Origin: the human T2T-CHM13v2.0 reference genome, Homo sapiens
NCBI RefSeq assembly: GCF_009914755.1
Contig: NC_060947.1
Strand: one strand, 5' to 3'
Length of the DNA: 64,000 bases
Part shown: positions 55,716 to 64,000 of the stretch, piece after piece
How the letters are laid out: every line of letters starts with the position of its first letter
How positions within the stretch are numbered: position 1 is the stretch's first letter
Made by a program: the position numbers and the translations under genes
Notes under the pieces: generated by a model
What the model was told of the DNA's origin: nothing
The model's database searches: none
The model's input: the letters and a program-made list of their open reading frames with translations, nothing else

Positions 55716-56069
55716 GCAACCACAACATAACTACTTGGCCAAATCAAAGAGACTATTGCATGGAGAGAAGGCATCTTTTAAATACTTGAAAGATGGTCCA
55801 AATTCAGAGAACAGGGAAGCACACAATTCGTAGGGCTCAGGGGAGAGGGTGGGTCAGAATTTCTAGGAATGTAGGATGGGAGTAGAAGTGGGAGTAGGGA
55901 GGCTTCCTGATGAGGCACAGCATTTAGTGATGTGGGGATGTGTTCCAGGATGGGAGAAATGAATGCTTGTCTCTTTCCTTTGTTTTATTATTTCAATTTT
56001 TATCATATGCCTACCCCCAAATTCTGATGCTCTGCACTCTAAGTATCTCTCTTTCTCTTTAAATACAAA

Positions 56070-56116
56070 ATATGTATATGTATATATGTACGTATATATA
56101 TATATATATATATATG
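56070..56116. repeat. (TATG)n/(TA)n microsatellite
   Basis: Direct reading. Confidence 0.9.
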
Positions 56117-56454
56117 CATATTTTACTTACTTTAAGAAAATTTTGTTTTATTTCCTGAACTTAAAAATCAGAGGACCTGAAACTCTGCTCACTCTTCAAA
56201 AAATCTGAGTTAGTAAAGATGGTTTTAACTTATGTGTTGACCTTTGAATAATTTTTTCCCTATTTTGGGTCAGTAGCATTTGATGGAAAAAAAAAACCTA
56301 CTTATGATTTTAGTGCTACAGCCATGCTGAGATTATGGTTGGTAGGGGTGGGAATAAGAAAGACAGATAATCAAGGGTTTCTATATTTCTGGCCGATCAT
56401 AGTGGCAGCATGTATTTCTTCCATGGTTCCTAAAATGAGAAGAAAGCCTAAGAA

Positions 56455-56822
56455 TGCCATAAGAAAGAATGAGATCATGGTTTTTTTTTTTTTTTTTTTT
56501 CAGGGACATGGATGGAGTGGAGGCCATTATCCTTAGCAAACGAACACAGGAACAGAAAACCAAATACCACATGTCCTCACTTACAAGTGGGAGCTCAATG
56601 ATAAGAATGCATGGACACATAGAAGGGAACAATGCACACTGGGGGTTTTTTAGAGGGTGGAGAGTGGGAGCAGAGAGAGAATCAGGAAAAAATAACTAAT
56701 GGGTAATAGGCTTAATACCTGGGTGATGAAATAATCCGTATAACAAACTGCCATGACACAAGTTTGCCTATGTAACAAACCTGCACTTGTACCCCTGAAC
56801 TTAAAATAAAAGTTTAAAAAAG
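56455..56822 (+). mobile_element. Old L1PA 3' end
   Basis: gccattatccttagcaaac..acacaggaacagaaaacc...gtacccctgaacttaaaataaaag. Confidence 0.9.
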
Positions 56823-57779
56823 AAGACAGAATTATCTGCTTTTGTATGACAATAAGGTGAAAAGGTATTTGAAGGACACCAAGAAACCCATTATTTGGCT
56901 GGAATGAAAGGAGTGGATTGTCAAGAGATTACATATGGACCTGTTATATAGTCCTATTGAGGCTTCATTTTGAACCCAAAGAGAGACATTCTTGAATCTT
57001 TATTCCTATTTAACTCCTTCCTTAGTGATGCCCTTCTTTATTTAAGGCTTTGTATAAATTTTTACAATTAAGATTTGATGAAACAATTTTTAAAAGAGTT
57101 TGAGTTATTACTAACAAATGTTTCCTATTGGTGGAATTTCTTACATATTATTCCCATGAAATGCTAATGGCCGATATTGATAATGAAATTATGATTAGAC
57201 ATAGCTGTGTGATGTTCCCAAATTTATTTGTCAAGTCTCTTGCTTGCATGCCTGCTATTTCACTGATAAATGGCTCACCCAGATGTTGAAAACTTGTAGT
57301 AGATTTGAGAATAAGTCCTGTCATTTGAGATTTTCCTGATAGATTTGCCTTTTAGCAATGCATTCTTAGGTGAAAATTATGACCAACACGTATTAGACTT
57401 GCTGCCTTCAGGCTTGGATGTTTGTGGGCACTCAAGGTCATATGGAGGCTGTCCCATACCATCCAGCTGGTAGCCAGAGGAATGGGAGCTATTCTATCCT
57501 CTACAGCTGTTTAAGGAGGTAGATATTCAAATTTTTTTTGGATGGCTTAAAGTATCAGCCCTGTTAAAGTGTGAGAACATACTTCTCAGTAAGTATAAAA
57601 TGGCCTAATACAACAAACTTGGCTCCATTGTACCTCAATTAAAACACAGAAAAACAATGTCTTCACAGCTACCTGTCAGTTAAGAGTGATGTATTTTACT
57701 TGCTTCAAAATTATTTTAAAAATATCACATTTGGATGATACTTTGGAAATTACAAAGTATGTTTACTTTTTTTGTTTGT

Positions 57780-57965
57780 TTCATTTGGTATTATCAACAG
57801 CCTCTTGAGGGAAGTGTAACTTTCCTCATTTTACAAATGAAGAAATAGGCTTGGAAAGACTAAGGGACTTTCTTGAGATTTCACAGCTGTGAAAATGCAA
57901 AGCTGGAACTCATTAAAACCTGTGTTTACTGCCTCCAAATCTAGTGTTCTTTTTCTGGTATTGCA
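57780..57965 (-). mobile_element. MIR
   Basis: cctcattttacaaatgaagaaa...gcaaagctggaactc. Confidence 0.65.
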
Positions 57966-58121
57966 CTTCCTATCAATTGATGGCCAAGAAACTGTGAAAC
58001 TGAAATAGATCACATAATAAATAAATGGCAGAACTGGGACACTGAAAAAGTTCAAACTTGGAACACTCTTTCCACTCCCTCACAATTATTTCCCTTAGCA
58101 TTTGAATCCAACACACATATG

Positions 58122-58167
58122 TTATTTGTCTGCCTGAAACTTCAGTGAGTTTCAGGCAGACAAATAA
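58122..58167. repeat. Perfect 20-bp inverted repeat with 6-nt loop
   Basis: ttatttgtctgcctgaaact-tcagtg-agtttcaggcagacaaataa. Confidence 0.95.
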
Positions 58168-58278
58168 ACTCTTCCTGCATTTTAAAAAAACAATCCCAAT
58201 TGCCTTCCTTGTATAAATTGCTCCCTCATAACTGAGGGATATGACACGTACTCAGTGTAGAGTACTATGACCCCTGCT

Positions 58279-58440
58279 TGTCTTGCTTTGGGTTCCCCAC
58301 AAGACAGATCCTGAGATAAGGACTTGAGAGTCGGTGGTTTATTAGGGAGGTGAGCCTAAGAAGCAAAAATAAGACAGCAGGGAGCATGAGACAGGGCAGA
58401 AAGAAATGCCAGTATTAGGAAAGCATTATTGAAGTTCTTT
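58279..58440 (-). mobile_element. ERVL LTR fragment (LTR16/LTR33-like)
   Basis: tgggttcccc...cagatcctgagataaggacttgag...gtttattagggaggtga. Confidence 0.55.
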
Positions 58441-58945
58441 ATGGAGGAAATAGGGGTAGTTTAGGATTGCCCACAGTGGTTTTAACTCACTTAAACTTCT
58501 TTGAGCATTGCCTAAGAGGGCTGTGAGGCCTTAGTACAGGTCCTGAAACAGAAAATGGAAACATGCTCTAGATAATATCTGAAGATATAGATCCTGTTTT
58601 TTTCTTAGCTTTGCAAGTCTTCTTGTTAATGTGTCAACTCTCACTCCCATCACCAAAATTCAGGAAGGCAAGCAGGCAGGCAAACAAATGAAATGACTAG
58701 GAAATATGCTCATCTGCTTATCTAACAACCAACCTTGAAAATAATTGGAGAAGTGATGTTGCTTGTTTGAGATTATTGTGGAAAAACTGGGAACACATTG
58801 GGGTATTCAAGAGCTAGGGCTAGTACAAAGTTATTGAAACTTGAAGATGATAACTGTTATTTACTGAGCATTTACTATGTGCCTGTCATTATACTTAGTT
58901 CTTTACATGCATCACCTTGTTTAGTTGTCACAACTCTAGGGACTT

Positions 58946-62840
<3,895 letters not shown>

Positions 62841-62989
62841 CTCTAGGGACTTCTTATTTGTGTTTCATAGAAAATGAACCTGAGACTCAAGAAAATTAAA
62901 TAGCTTTTTAAAAATACACATCTGATAAATGGTTGAACTTGGATGAATGCCATCAAATGCATTATCAATGTTATGATTTTTCTCAAGCT

Positions 62990-63152
62990 TTTTCCTCCAT
63001 AATTGTTCAGATACATTTCACATACCATAAAATGCACTCTAAATTTAAAGTATACAGTTTAATCGTTTATAGAATATTAAAAGAATTGTGTGCAGTCATA
63101 ACCTTTATATTAGTTTAGAAAATTGCCAACACCTCTAAAATAAATTTCATAC
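62990..63152 (-). mobile_element. L1MB/ME 3' tip
   Basis: ttcacataccataaaatgcac...tttaaagtatacagttt...gaattgtgtgcagtcat. Confidence 0.65.
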
Positions 63153-63153
63153 T

Positions 63154-64000
63154 GATATGGTTTGGCTTTGTGTCCTCACCCAAATCTCTCTTGAATTATA
63201 ATCCTGTCATCTCCTCCTGTGGTGGGAGGGACCTGGTGGAAGGTAATTGAATAATTGTGGTGGTTTCCCCTTTGGTATTCTCGTGATAGTCAGGAAATTC
63301 TGGTGAGATTTAATGGTTTTATAAGGGGCTTCCCCATTTGTTTGGCTCTCATTCTTCTCCTTTCTGCTGTCACATGAAGAAGGACATGTTTGTTTCCCAT
63401 TTCACCATGATCGTAAGTTTCTTGATGCCTCTCCAGCAATGCTGAACTGTGAGTCAATTAAACCTCTTTCTTTATAAATTACCAAGTCTTGGCATGTCTT
63501 TATTAGCAGTGTGAAAACAGACTAATAAAGTAAATTTGTACTGAGGGAGTGGTGTGCTGCTATGTGAATATTAAAAAAGGTGAAAGTGACTGAGGAACTG
63601 TATAACAGGCAGACGTTGGAACAGTTTAGAGGACTCAGAAGAAGACAGGAAACTGTGGGAAAGTTTGGAACTTCCTGGAGACTTCTTGAATGGCTTTGAC
63701 CAAAATTCTGATAGTGATATGGACAATGAAGTCCAGGCTGAAATAGTCTCAGATGGAGATGAGAAACTTGTTGGAAACTGGAGTAAAGATCACTCTTATT
63801 TTGCAGAGACTGGTGGCATTTTGCTTCTGCTCTGGAGATCTGTGAAACTTTAAACGGAAGAGAGAAGATTTAGGGTATCTAGCAGAATAAATTTCTAAGT
63901 GGCAAAACATTCAAGAGGAAGCAGAGCATAAAAGTTTGGAAAATTTGCAGCCTGATGATGAAATATAAAAGGAAACTCCTTTTTCTGGGGAGAATTTAAG
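63154..64000 (+). mobile_element. THE1 LTR (to ~63530) plus THE1 internal sequence running off the window
   Basis: tgatatggtttggct.tgtgtcc.cacccaaatctc...ctgtgagtcaattaaacctctt, then gaggactcagaagaagacagg...gaccaaaat.ctgatagtgatatggac. Confidence 0.92.

Noticed and set aside
55600-55740. A25 run as a processed-pseudogene tail
   Set aside because: No upstream AATAAA, recognisable transcript body or clear TSD.

Overview
AT-rich primate (very probably human) genomic DNA, intergenic or deep-intronic. By eye about 70% is LINE-1, with five Alus, MaLR elements (MST, THE1, MLT1), a MER41 LTR fragment, MER5A/MER33 and old MIR/L2/L3 remnants. I find no credible host protein-coding gene, tRNA, rRNA or CRISPR. 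The supplied ORFs are broken L1 ORF1/ORF2 pieces, antisense L1/Alu/LTR frames or chance ORFs. I found no new biological system. The notable signals are structural: deeply nested transposons, several 5'-inverted L1s, a symmetric palindrome of two L1 5'UTRs, an inverted templated insertion flanked by a 40-bp duplication, near-perfect hairpins and insertion-associated deletions. Subfamily names come from recalled consensus sequences. Boundaries are approximate (tens of bp) unless a motif is quoted.
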